Positions 38,557 through 47,041 of a stretch of 64,000 nucleotides of DNA are shown one piece after another. Numbering within the stretch: the stretch's first letter is position 1; every line of letters begins with the position of its first letter. Source of the stretch: Candidatus Omnitrophota bacterium (GTDB lineage: Bacteria; Omnitrophota; Gorgyraeia; Zapsychrales; Fredricksoniimonadaceae); contig JABDGZ010000002.1 of the NCBI GenBank assembly GCA_013285735.1, positions 5,952 to 69,951 on the forward strand, read 5' to 3'. Below the pieces are notes generated by a model. The model did no database searches and was not told where the DNA came from. It saw nothing but the letters and a program-made list of their open reading frames with translations. The translations under genes were made by a program, and so were the position numbers.

Positions 38557-39153
38557 TTAAAAAACTTTAAATAAACTATTGTCCAGCAACTTTTCATCGA
38601 CCCTGTTAAGAAGTTTTTTAGTTTTAATAGAAATATATTTCCATTCGTGCAGCACATCCTGCACGCCCTGGCTGGTCGCCTGCAGGGAAACCGCAGTACT
38701 TGTAATAACCGCAGCCATATCTTCCACATCCAAGGGATCTTCACCAATGATAGGGGCCGTTGGATCAAAGGCTTTTAAAGAATGATCCTCGCTGATTTCA
38801 ATAAGTTTCTGACCCAGAACACCCTCGGTCCTGATACTGATCTTGGAACATTTACGAAACTCGAACTCATATTTCTTAAAAATATCCAAACGCACCTTAA
38901 GGCTGCGCCCATCAATGGGCTCTGTTAAAAAATCCACAGAGCCAACAACACCCACATCAACACCGGAAATACGGATAGGAGCCCCTTGCACCAGGCCGCC
39001 CACTTGATTAAAAAGAGCAATGACCTGAAACTTAGGTTCTGTCAGCCCGCGGTCAATCCCTATAATAAATATGCTGACTATGATCATAACCAGGCACGTG
39101 ATGAAAAACAGGCCCGCTGCTATTTTCTTAAAATGTCCGCCGTTATTCTCCAT
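38557..39153 (-). CDS. mlaD: MlaD/MCE-domain protein of an Mla-like ABC system
   Basis: N-terminal TM, then an MCE domain (FNQVGGLVQGAPIRISGVDVGVVGSVDF). Start moved to the ATG 39151-39153 (MENNGGHFKK) because the ORF-track start at 39261 overlaps mlaF. Confidence 0.75.
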   Translation of the reverse strand: MENNGGHFKKIAAGLFFITCLVMIIVSIFIIGIDRGLTEPKFQVIALFNQVGGLVQGAPIRISGVDVGVVGSVDFLTEPIDGRSLKVRLDIFKKYEFEFRKCSKISIRTEGVLGQKLIEISEDHSLKAFDPTAPIIGEDPLDVEDMAAVITSTAVSLQATSQGVQDVLHEWKYISIKTKKLLNRVDEKLLDNSLFKVF

Positions 39154-39226
39154 CTTTTTACACCCCCACCTGAGCGCCTGCCTATCGGCAGGCTTCTCCC
39201 CCGTCAAAGGGGGAATGTTACCATGT

Positions 39227-39955
39227 TCAAACAGTTGACATCTGCAAAAATTCCCGCACAAAAGGAACTTGAGAAGCTTTTATTTGCTCCGCTGTTCCCA
39301 TGGCCGCAATATGGCAATCATTGATGATGATAAGCCTTGAAGCAATACGAAAAGAATTATTCACATCATGTGAGGTCATCACCGTCGTTGAACCTATCTG
39401 TTGAGAAACATGACGGATCAAATCCGATATATCACGGCTGCGGATCGGATCCAACCCTGAGGTTGGCTCATCACACAACAAAACCTTGGCGCCCAGGACA
39501 ATGGCGCGGGCGAGCCCCACCCGTTTTTTCATCCCGCCGCTTAATTCATCAGGGAATTTAGATTCCACCCCATCCAAATCTACCAATTTTAAAACCTCAC
39601 GCACACGCCCCGCTATTTCCTCAGGTTTAAGGCTGGTGTGTTCCCGCAAAGGAAAAGCCACATTATCAAACACATCCATAAAATCGTATAAAGCCCCTTC
39701 CTGAAACAAATAACCCATATTGCAGCGTACCTTCAACAATTGTTCTTCATTCAAAGAATCAATGTCAACCCCATCAATGATAACCCGTCCCTGATCAGGA
39801 CGAAATAAACCAATCAAATGTTTTAACAGCACTGTTTTACCAGCCCCGCTTAAACCCAATACGGAAATGATCTCTCCCTCGCTGACATCGAAAGTAATGT
39901 CTTCCAGGACAGGCTGATCTCCCAATTTTTTATACAGGCCTTCAACTTTAATCAT
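39227..39955 (-). CDS. mlaF: ABC transporter ATP-binding protein, MlaF-like
   Basis: Walker A GLSGAGKT, signature LSGGMKKRVGLARA, Walker B LLCDEPTSGLD. Start set at MIKVEGLYK (39953-39955). Confidence 0.85.
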   Translation of the reverse strand: MIKVEGLYKKLGDQPVLEDITFDVSEGEIISVLGLSGAGKTVLLKHLIGLFRPDQGRVIIDGVDIDSLNEEQLLKVRCNMGYLFQEGALYDFMDVFDNVAFPLREHTSLKPEEIAGRVREVLKLVDLDGVESKFPDELSGGMKKRVGLARAIVLGAKVLLCDEPTSGLDPIRSRDISDLIRHVSQQIGSTTVMTSHDVNNSFRIASRLIIINDCHIAAMGTAEQIKASQVPFVREFLQMSTV

Positions 39956-40301
39956 CGTCCCGACGCTCAAAATAACGAAATTTATTTTTATCAAATTTCG
40001 TATAAATGCGATCATACGGTTTCGTGGCTATTTTCTCCACAAAGACCTGCACGCCTTTGTATTCAGCAACTTGATAAACTTCTGAATCTTGCAAGACTTC
40101 GTAATCATTGACCGGATACCATTTAGACCCGTCAAAATCAATCGGGTCGCCATCACGTATCCATCCAGCCTCAATAACAGGTGCCGGATAACTTTGTATT
40201 TGGCCGTCATTATTGCCGGAATTGACAGACGCGCATCCGCCCAAAAATCCTGTAAGCATAAACCACAGGCTAAACCCCAGGAGCCTTTGCTTAGTTTTCA
40301 T
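39948..40301 (-). CDS. Small lipoprotein, unknown function
   Basis: Lipobox LTGFLGGC/AS. Inserted between the MlaE-like and MlaF-like genes, with an 8-nt overlap with mlaF. Confidence 0.55.
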   Translation of the reverse strand: MKTKQRLLGFSLWFMLTGFLGGCASVNSGNNDGQIQSYPAPVIEAGWIRDGDPIDFDGSKWYPVNDYEVLQDSEVYQVAEYKGVQVFVEKIATKPYDRIYTKFDKNKFRYFERRDDD

Positions 40302-40304
40302 ACC

Positions 40305-41096
40305 TTACCCCCAGAATGTTAAAATAATTTTGGTCAACACTGTATTAGATACAATCACCGCGATATAGGAATACGCTACAGCCTTGGTGGTAAAACGACC
40401 GACACCGGTGGCCCCGCCCTGAGTAAAAAATCCCTGATAACAGCAAATCCATCCAACAATAATAGCAAAAAAGAAAACTTTAACAAAACCGCTAAAGAAA
40501 TCCACGAAACCTACCGCGTCCATGGTCTGATGGATATAAAAAGCACCCGGCATATGCGCCTGGGTTATCGCGATCATATACCCGCCCAGCATCCCCAACA
40601 CTTCCGAAATGATCACCAGCGCTGGCAATACCAGCACACATGCCAAAAAACGCGGCACCACCAAAAACTCGATAGGGTTGACTCCCATCACACGGGTCGC
40701 CTGAATTTGGTCTTGCGTATTCATGGTACCTAATTCCGCGGTTATCCCTGCCCCTGCCTTACCGGAAAAAATCAACGCTGTAAATACAGGGCTCATCTCA
40801 CGCAACAAAGAAAGAACTACAAGACGGGCAATAAATTCTTTGGCCCCAAAACGCTGCAAGGTAGTAAAACCCTGTAAACCCAGCACTGTGCCCGTCGCAA
40901 ATGATGTCAACATCACGATCACAATCGACTGCACGCCCTGCTCGTATACCTGGTCTAAAACATCGTTCCACCGGACACGGCCGCGAAAGATCAATGATAT
41001 GATGTCCCCCAAAAAGAAAATGGCTTCACCAATACTACGCAGGTGTCCGTAAAAATTCTTTAGCAAACGAGGGACCATTATTTTTCTTTCAGCCAA
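40305..41096 (-). CDS. mlaE: ABC transporter permease, MlaE-like
   Basis: ~260 aa, 5-6 TM segments, and the C-terminal ICCYQGFFTQGGATGVGRFTTKAV signature. Confidence 0.8.
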   Translation of the reverse strand: MAERKIMVPRLLKNFYGHLRSIGEAIFFLGDIISLIFRGRVRWNDVLDQVYEQGVQSIVIVMLTSFATGTVLGLQGFTTLQRFGAKEFIARLVVLSLLREMSPVFTALIFSGKAGAGITAELGTMNTQDQIQATRVMGVNPIEFLVVPRFLACVLVLPALVIISEVLGMLGGYMIAITQAHMPGAFYIHQTMDAVGFVDFFSGFVKVFFFAIIVGWICCYQGFFTQGGATGVGRFTTKAVAYSYIAVIVSNTVLTKIILTFWG

Positions 41097-41578
41097 AAAG
41101 ACCTAAACTCTTTATTGATCTTTTCCTGATGGCTTAATGAAATATATTTTCCACCAGTGTCCTGACGCACATGAGACTCTTTGGATTTAGCTGTAAATGC
41201 CTCAACACTCATGATACGGGCACCCAATGAACGCGCGTAAAGAAAAATATCCTTATCATTGGAAACGACCACGCAATTCTTTTGATCCGCGTCCTCTTCG
41301 ACCATACGCTTGATCTTATCGTCCGCAGAACATCCATCTGAAAAAATCACCCGTATATCCCCGTAAGGGGTGGAGCCAAAATAATCTGGATGACCGTCAA
41401 AGACCACTGTCACCGGGTTATTCACGCTTCCCTGGGGACGCGTGTTTGCGATCCATTTCAAAAATCCCAAGCGCCCGTCTTCAAGAGGGAGATCTCTGAA
41501 GGCTGCCATCTGCTTGAGGATGTTGTACCCGTCCAGAAGATAATGTAGTGACATATAATAGCCCGCCCAAAAGCCCAT
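41078..41578 (-). CDS. NYN/YacP-like (Rae1-type) nuclease-domain protein
   Basis: YLLDGYNIL ... VTVVFDG ... VIFS...ADDKIKRMVE ... VVVSNDKDI. The start is probably internal (MSLHY). Confidence 0.55.
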   Translation of the reverse strand: MGFWAGYYMSLHYLLDGYNILKQMAAFRDLPLEDGRLGFLKWIANTRPQGSVNNPVTVVFDGHPDYFGSTPYGDIRVIFSDGCSADDKIKRMVEEDADQKNCVVVSNDKDIFLYARSLGARIMSVEAFTAKSKESHVRQDTGGKYISLSHQEKINKEFRSFWLKEK

Positions 41579-42473
41579 TAATGATGGTAAATGCAGAGTT
41601 AATAAGACTTAAACCCCCCGCCATTTCCTTGGATACCCCCACCAAAGGAAGCAGATAAACCCAGCCGATTTCCCGGAAACCTAATCCTCCGATGGAAGGC
41701 AGGGAAGTCACGACACAAACAATGGGCGAAAAAATAATAAAATACACCAGTGATATATTTTGATGCATTCCTTTAGCTGTCAGATAAAATTCTATCGCCA
41801 AAATGATCTGTGCCCCGATAGAAATCATGATTGCTTCCCAACCATTTTTCTGACGGCCTTTCAAAAGAACGATATCATAATGCAATTTCATTAAACTTTC
41901 TTTGACCTTGGGCCATGACGCAAAGGCCTTACAAGCAAATGAAAAAATCCGATGACTAAAAAGAGTGATCACAATGATTCCAGAAACAATGGTCATGGCC
42001 GCAATCGCTACAATGACCAATCTATTCTCGATGATGCCGTGGCCAAAAATAAAAGCCACTGCCGCTAAAATAACTATTCCTGCAAATCCGCTTAAACGAT
42101 CCAGCACAATGGAGGCAAATACCTTAGGCCTATGGCCGGTTTCTTTGGCCAATCCCATACCCCTGATCAAATCACTGCCAATTGTCGAAATCGGTGCCAG
42201 GTTCCAGAAAAGTCCTATAAAATACCACCAGGCACAGGTAGTTCGCCGGGCCTTCAGCCCCACTGCCTTCATCAAAATCCGCCACCGCAAAATAATTAAA
42301 AAATTAATCAAAAAGAAAACAATCGCAGCAGCACTCATATAGCGCATATCTGATCCCTTGATCGCCTGCCATATGTGCTTGTAATCAATGGTGACAAAAA
42401 CCCATGCCAGCAAAACAAAACTTAAAAAGCAAGGAAGTACAATAGAAATAATATTCTTCAATTTTGGGTCCAT
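41481..42473 (-). CDS. Flippase-like / LPG-synthase-TM (UPF0104) family membrane protein
   Basis: 8 TM segments; GGLGFREIG motif near the C-terminus. Confidence 0.5.
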   Translation of the reverse strand: MDPKLKNIISIVLPCFLSFVLLAWVFVTIDYKHIWQAIKGSDMRYMSAAAIVFFLINFLIILRWRILMKAVGLKARRTTCAWWYFIGLFWNLAPISTIGSDLIRGMGLAKETGHRPKVFASIVLDRLSGFAGIVILAAVAFIFGHGIIENRLVIVAIAAMTIVSGIIVITLFSHRIFSFACKAFASWPKVKESLMKLHYDIVLLKGRQKNGWEAIMISIGAQIILAIEFYLTAKGMHQNISLVYFIIFSPIVCVVTSLPSIGGLGFREIGWVYLLPLVGVSKEMAGGLSLINSAFTIINGLLGGLLYVTTLSSGRVQHPQADGSLQRSPS

Positions 42474-43384
42474 CAGGACTTAACTCCTAAGGCAGCCTGG
42501 TAACCCTGTTCTGCAATATAGGAACTACGGACCAAAGGCCCGCTCTCTACATACACAAAACCCATTGCTAATCCTTTTTGACGGTACTTTTCAAATTCTT
42601 CAGGGTCAAGAAAACGTTCGACCGGCAGGTGACGTTTGCGTTGAGTCGGCGCTAAATATTGGCCAATGGTCAAAATCTGGCAGCCAGCCTCAAGAAGCTC
42701 ATTCATCACCTCAACAATTTCCTCGTCAGTCTCACCAATACCGACCATTAAAGATGATTTTATAAAGCTATGGGTATTAAGTTCACGAAAACGGCGCAGC
42801 ACCTTCAAAGAACGGTCATGCAAAGCCTGCGGACGAATATAGGGTGCAAGACGCCTGACTGTTTCTATATTATGGCTGATCACCTCGGGTGCCGCATCAC
42901 TCAATATTTTCAATGACGCTTCCTTGGCAGAAAAATCCGGGATCAACACTTCAATTTTAACGTCCGGGGTAAGGTGTCGGATAGCCTCGATCGTTTTGGC
43001 AAACTGGAGAGCTCCCTCATCTTCAATATCATCACGGGCGACTGAAGTTACCACCACATAACGTAAACCTAATTGTTGAACAGCCAACGCCACATTCTGA
43101 GGCTCTTCCATATCAATCAAATCCGGACGTCCGGCCGGAACAGAACAAAAGCGGCAGGCGCGTGTACAAGTGCCCCCTAAAATCATAAAGGTTGCCACAC
43201 CCTCTTTCCAGCAAGTACCCATATTCGGGCAATTGGCAGATTCGCAAACCGTATGCAGGCGGCTGCCACGAAAAAGTTCTTTCATGCTCCGGATCTTATT
43301 CATATCTGGAATTTCCTGCTTAAACCAGCTCGGCAGCTTTACCAGACCTGAATCAAATTTTTCTTTTGTAATCATCGTCGTCAC
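42473..43384 (-). CDS. lipA: Lipoyl synthase
   Basis: CESANCPNMGTCW auxiliary cluster and the CTRACRFCSV radical-SAM motif. Confidence 0.95.
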   Translation of the reverse strand: MTTMITKEKFDSGLVKLPSWFKQEIPDMNKIRSMKELFRGSRLHTVCESANCPNMGTCWKEGVATFMILGGTCTRACRFCSVPAGRPDLIDMEEPQNVALAVQQLGLRYVVVTSVARDDIEDEGALQFAKTIEAIRHLTPDVKIEVLIPDFSAKEASLKILSDAAPEVISHNIETVRRLAPYIRPQALHDRSLKVLRRFRELNTHSFIKSSLMVGIGETDEEIVEVMNELLEAGCQILTIGQYLAPTQRKRHLPVERFLDPEEFEKYRQKGLAMGFVYVESGPLVRSSYIAEQGYQAALGVKS

Positions 43385-43898
43385 CCAGCACGTTGCCGGC
43401 GTAGGTTCCTTTTTTCATCTGTGCTACAATCCGCGTACGATCGCGAGGAGATAAATAATCAAGGATTAATTTCCCTTGTAAATGATCATATTCATGTTGA
43501 AACACCTTGGCCACGAGTCCATTTAACTGGGCCCGCACCTGGTGATTTTCCTGATCGGTAAATTCCACCCAAATGGTCTTGGCGCGTTTGACATCGACCA
43601 ACACGCGAGGAATGCTCAAGCACCCTTCTTCCATAACCTCGCCGCCTGCGGTCCTGATAATCTTGGGATTAATAGCAGCGAAAATCTCTTTCCCGGTATC
43701 CACCACAAAAATCTGTTCATTGATACCTATTTGAGGTGCCGCTAAGCCAACCCCTCTGCAGGCGACCATGGTCTCGAACATCGCTGCGATCAGCATGCGC
43801 TCAACCGGACCGACTTCCTTGATTGCTTTGGATTTTGTTTCCAGGCATGGGTCACCATAAAGCCTGATTTTTAAGGGACCAAACATCATATAAACCAC
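43353..43898 (-). CDS. def: Peptide deformylase
   Basis: GVGLAAPQIG, EGCLS and QHEYDHL motifs. Confidence 0.95.
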   Translation of the reverse strand: MVYMMFGPLKIRLYGDPCLETKSKAIKEVGPVERMLIAAMFETMVACRGVGLAAPQIGINEQIFVVDTGKEIFAAINPKIIRTAGGEVMEEGCLSIPRVLVDVKRAKTIWVEFTDQENHQVRAQLNGLVAKVFQHEYDHLQGKLILDYLSPRDRTRIVAQMKKGTYAGNVLGDDDDYKRKI

Positions 43899-43900
43899 AC

Positions 43901-43925
43901 GTCATTCCCGCGAAAGCGGGAATCC
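43901..43925. repeat. Hairpin repeat family 1
   Basis: gtcattcccgcgaaagcgggaatcc; lies between panD and def. Confidence 0.85.
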
Positions 43926-43930
43926 ATTTA

Positions 43931-44284
43931 TTAAATCTTTTTTATTTTGTTCTTTGGATCAAGATAAACGATTTTAGGTTGAAGACGACGGGCTTCTGCG
44001 ACTTCTAACAAGCCATAACTTAAAATAATCAAACGGTCTCCCACATATCCATGACGGGCTGCAGGGCCGTTTAGGCAGATAACACCAGAAGCAGGTTCGC
44101 CTGCGATCACATAGGTTTCTAAACGGTTACCGGTATTTTCATTAAGCACATGCACTTTTTCACCAGGAATCATACCAACTGCCTTGAGGATATCCGAATC
44201 AATGGTGATACTACCCTCATATTTCAATTCAGCCTGGGTGATGGTCGCATGTCCTATCTTTGATTTTAAAACTTCAATAAGCAT
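43931..44284 (-). CDS. panD: Aspartate 1-decarboxylase
   Basis: MLIEVLKSKIGHATITQAELKYEGSITID (Gly-Ser self-cleavage site). Start moved from 44347 to the ATG 44282-44284 because the longer ORF begins inside a hairpin repeat (MDSRFPLRG...). Confidence 0.9.
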   Translation of the reverse strand: MLIEVLKSKIGHATITQAELKYEGSITIDSDILKAVGMIPGEKVHVLNENTGNRLETYVIAGEPASGVICLNGPAARHGYVGDRLIILSYGLLEVAEARRLQPKIVYLDPKNKIKKI

Positions 44285-44296
44285 ATTTATACTATT

Positions 44297-44345
44297 GTCA
44301 TTCCCGCGACTTCGAAGAAGCCCTCGAAGAGGAAAGCGGGAATCC
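44297..44345. repeat. Hairpin repeat family 1, long variant with nested palindrome
   Basis: gtcattcccgcgacttcgaagaagccctcgaagaggaaagcgggaatcc; lies between trxA and panD. Confidence 0.8.
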
Positions 44346-44355
44346 ACAATTCCTT

Positions 44356-44676
44356 TTATAAATGCGTGTTTAATTTAGCTAATAACTTATCTTTTGGCAT
44401 CGCACCAACTATTTGGTCAACAGGCTGTCCGCCTTTGAAGATCAGCAGCGTCGGTATAGACATCACATTAAACTTACCCGCCAACTCCGGCACCTCATCC
44501 ACGTTGACCTTGGTCATTTTCATCTTACCCTGTAATTCCGTGGATAATTGGTCAATAATAGGAGCTATCATCTTGCAAGGGCCGCACCATTCAGCCCAAA
44601 AATCGACCAAAACCGGAAGTTGCGATTTCACGACTTCGGCTTCAAAATTCTTTTCATCCAAATGTAAAGCGCCCAT
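44356..44676 (-). CDS. trxA: Thioredoxin
   Basis: WAEWCGPCK active site; ~106 aa. Confidence 0.95.
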   Translation of the reverse strand: MGALHLDEKNFEAEVVKSQLPVLVDFWAEWCGPCKMIAPIIDQLSTELQGKMKMTKVNVDEVPELAGKFNVMSIPTLLIFKGGQPVDQIVGAMPKDKLLAKLNTHL

Positions 44677-44698
44677 AATCTAATCCTTTCCTAAGCAA

Positions 44699-44728
44699 TA
44701 AAAAATCCCAATGCCTGTTCTTTGGGAT
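44699..44728 (-). terminator. Candidate intrinsic terminator downstream of the DUF819-like gene
   Basis: Read on the minus strand: 7-bp stem ATCCCAA/TTGGGAT, 10-nt loop, followed by TTTTTTAT. Confidence 0.5.
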
Positions 44729-44795
44729 ATTGTATGTTTATTATATATTTGTTGTGAATATATATCAAATACTATCGTTTTGATATTCTATCTCC

Positions 44796-45965
44796 CTAGT
44801 GAGCGAATAACCGGCATATTTGTCCTGTAATTATACCATTATAGGCACCCAAGGTGTGGCCCAAAATGGCTAAAAGCAGTCCTACGGATGCAAAGCCTGG
44901 CTGATAAACTTCCGCGACTACCGGTGCAGAAACTAATCCTGCAAGATTAGACAAAGAAGCAGTGGCGACTAAAAATAATGGTGCGCGGATCAGGCGGGCA
45001 GTCACCAGCAATATCATTACATGAATTAAAATCACCACCACCCCTGCCGCGAGTAAAATCCCCACCTGAGAAGCATTACTTAAACTGGCACGGGCACCGA
45101 TGCTCGTTAGCACAAAATATAAAATCCATTTGCCAAATTTGTTAGCACCTGTGTGCGGGATACGGCTTATCGGTGTCATAGACAAAATAATGGCCGTGGT
45201 GGTGACCAAAATAACGGTCCAGGCGTAAGGTGTAAGAATATTTTTTCCTGTTGGTAAATAAATAGATACGGCTTTAGCCGCCAAGCCGATACTAAAAGCT
45301 AACACCAAAATAATAATAGCATTACCTATGTTAAGAGATTGCTTCGCCTCGCCCGCAATTGTAGAAACTCTACTGCTTAAATCATCCAGGATCCGCCGAT
45401 CAGCGCGGTTCCATTTGTCAAAATCTATTTGCCGTGCGGCTAAAGAAATTAAAATACCCACCCATACATACGGTAAAATCGTATCCACGATGACCATCGG
45501 CAAAAAAACAGCGTCAGGTGTATTCAAAGCTTCTTTGACTGCAACCATATTGGCACTTCCCCCGGTCCAGGATGCAGACAAAGCCCCAAACCCTCCCCAA
45601 AATTGCGGGCCAACCAAAGGTTTAAAAATAATAAAACTAATGACCATGCCAAGCATGATGCCGAATGACCCGGCAAAAAACATCACCAATGCCGCAGGCC
45701 CTAGGCGGGAAATGGCCTTAAAATCCACATTAAGCAAGAGCAAAAAAAGCGCCGGCGGTAAAAGGCATTTGGTTATCTCTTGAAATAAGGAACTTTTAGC
45801 ATCAATAAGCCCACAGGTGGATAAAACCATGGGCAAGAAATAAATCCAGAACATCGAGGGCAGGAATTTAAATAAAAATTTGGTACGCGGGTTTCCCGCT
45901 AAAAACAAAATAGTAAATTCGACAGCTAAGAGAACAAGGATTAGAAGTAAATGATGATGGATCAT
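44796..45965 (-). CDS. DUF819-like polytopic membrane protein (putative transporter)
   Basis: About 12 TM segments. Its position downstream of the dipeptide epimerase is a recurrent context as I recall it. Carries an in-frame hairpin repeat (TIAGEAKQSLNIG). Ends in TAG. Confidence 0.5.
   Translation of the reverse strand: MIHHHLLLILVLLAVEFTILFLAGNPRTKFLFKFLPSMFWIYFLPMVLSTCGLIDAKSSLFQEITKCLLPPALFLLLLNVDFKAISRLGPAALVMFFAGSFGIMLGMVISFIIFKPLVGPQFWGGFGALSASWTGGSANMVAVKEALNTPDAVFLPMVIVDTILPYVWVGILISLAARQIDFDKWNRADRRILDDLSSRVSTIAGEAKQSLNIGNAIIILVLAFSIGLAAKAVSIYLPTGKNILTPYAWTVILVTTTAIILSMTPISRIPHTGANKFGKWILYFVLTSIGARASLSNASQVGILLAAGVVVILIHVMILLVTARLIRAPLFLVATASLSNLAGLVSAPVVAEVYQPGFASVGLLLAILGHTLGAYNGIITGQICRLFAH
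45334..45362. repeat. Hairpin repeat family 2 (diverged), in frame in the DUF819-like gene
   Basis: agagattgcttcgcctcgcccgcaattgt; encodes TIAGEAKQSL. Confidence 0.6.
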
Positions 45966-47041
45966 TTTAAGGGGACTACACCAATACCGCTTTTGACCTT
46001 GCTTAAATCATACATTCCCTGCGTCGATAAATAGGGATTGCGGGCCACTTCGCCCTTGATAAAAAACGGTGTATCCAGATCGATAAAATCAAAACAGCCC
46101 AGGCCTGCGGCTAGATGCGCTGAGGTTGTCATGGCTAAATTTGATTCCATCATCCCGCCGATCATCAGTTTGACACCAGCGGCATGAGCAAAACGGCTGA
46201 TCTCAAGGGCGTGGACTAATCCAGTTTTCATAAGTTTGACATTAATGGCACCCGCGGCCTTTTCTTTGATGATACGAAGCGCATCAGACAGTGAGGAGGC
46301 GCTTTCATCCGCACATACGCATACCTTGGATTCGCGTGTAACTTGTTTTAATCCTTCCCAGTCAGTTTTAGGAACAGGCTGTTCAATCAAATCCGGTACA
46401 ATCCCAATCTTGTTTAACGATTTTAGAAACTGCAGGGTTTGGCGTGCGGAATACCCTTGATTAGCATCGAGGATGATTTGTGCACGTGGAGCAATATTAG
46501 AAACTGCTTCTACCCGTTTAAAATCCATATCCATATCACGGCCGATTTTAATCTTAAAAGCACGGAAACCTTGGGCTTTAAATTCTTTGGTTTTTGCCTT
46601 GGTCTCCTCGAGATCAGCAATAACAATGGTAATATCCGTACGCACACGCTTTGGCGTCGAAGCCCACAGACGCCATAATGGAATACGCAAATACCGTGTC
46701 AGCGCATCAAAAATAGCCATCTCAACCGCAGCCACTGCACTTTGATTATGGGGCAGACGTTCATGCAGCTGTACTGAAATATCTAAATAATCATCGATGG
46801 ATTTCCCCTTGAGCCAAAGGGCGATGCTTTTTAAATTCTTTAAAGTCTGGTCAATAGTTTCACCGGTAATATGCGTTGCGACTGCCGCCTCGCCATAACC
46901 TTTGGTGCCGTCTTTCAGTTCTATAGTGAATAAAATATTTTCTAAATGATCGTGCTGGCCGGTGGCTATACGAAATGGCTGGAATAAAGGAGCTTGAAAA
47001 AATTTAACGGAAGTTTTTACGACGAGCTGTTGTTTATTCAA
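45962..47041 (-). CDS. Dipeptide epimerase (L-Ala-D/L-Glu epimerase type, enolase superfamily)
   Basis: FKIKIGRD, ILDANQGY, LIEQPV, VCADES, NVKLMKTG and DLDTP motifs of the MLE-subgroup epimerases. Confidence 0.8.
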   Translation of the reverse strand: MNKQQLVVKTSVKFFQAPLFQPFRIATGQHDHLENILFTIELKDGTKGYGEAAVATHITGETIDQTLKNLKSIALWLKGKSIDDYLDISVQLHERLPHNQSAVAAVEMAIFDALTRYLRIPLWRLWASTPKRVRTDITIVIADLEETKAKTKEFKAQGFRAFKIKIGRDMDMDFKRVEAVSNIAPRAQIILDANQGYSARQTLQFLKSLNKIGIVPDLIEQPVPKTDWEGLKQVTRESKVCVCADESASSLSDALRIIKEKAAGAINVKLMKTGLVHALEISRFAHAAGVKLMIGGMMESNLAMTTSAHLAAGLGCFDFIDLDTPFFIKGEVARNPYLSTQGMYDLSKVKSGIGVVPLK

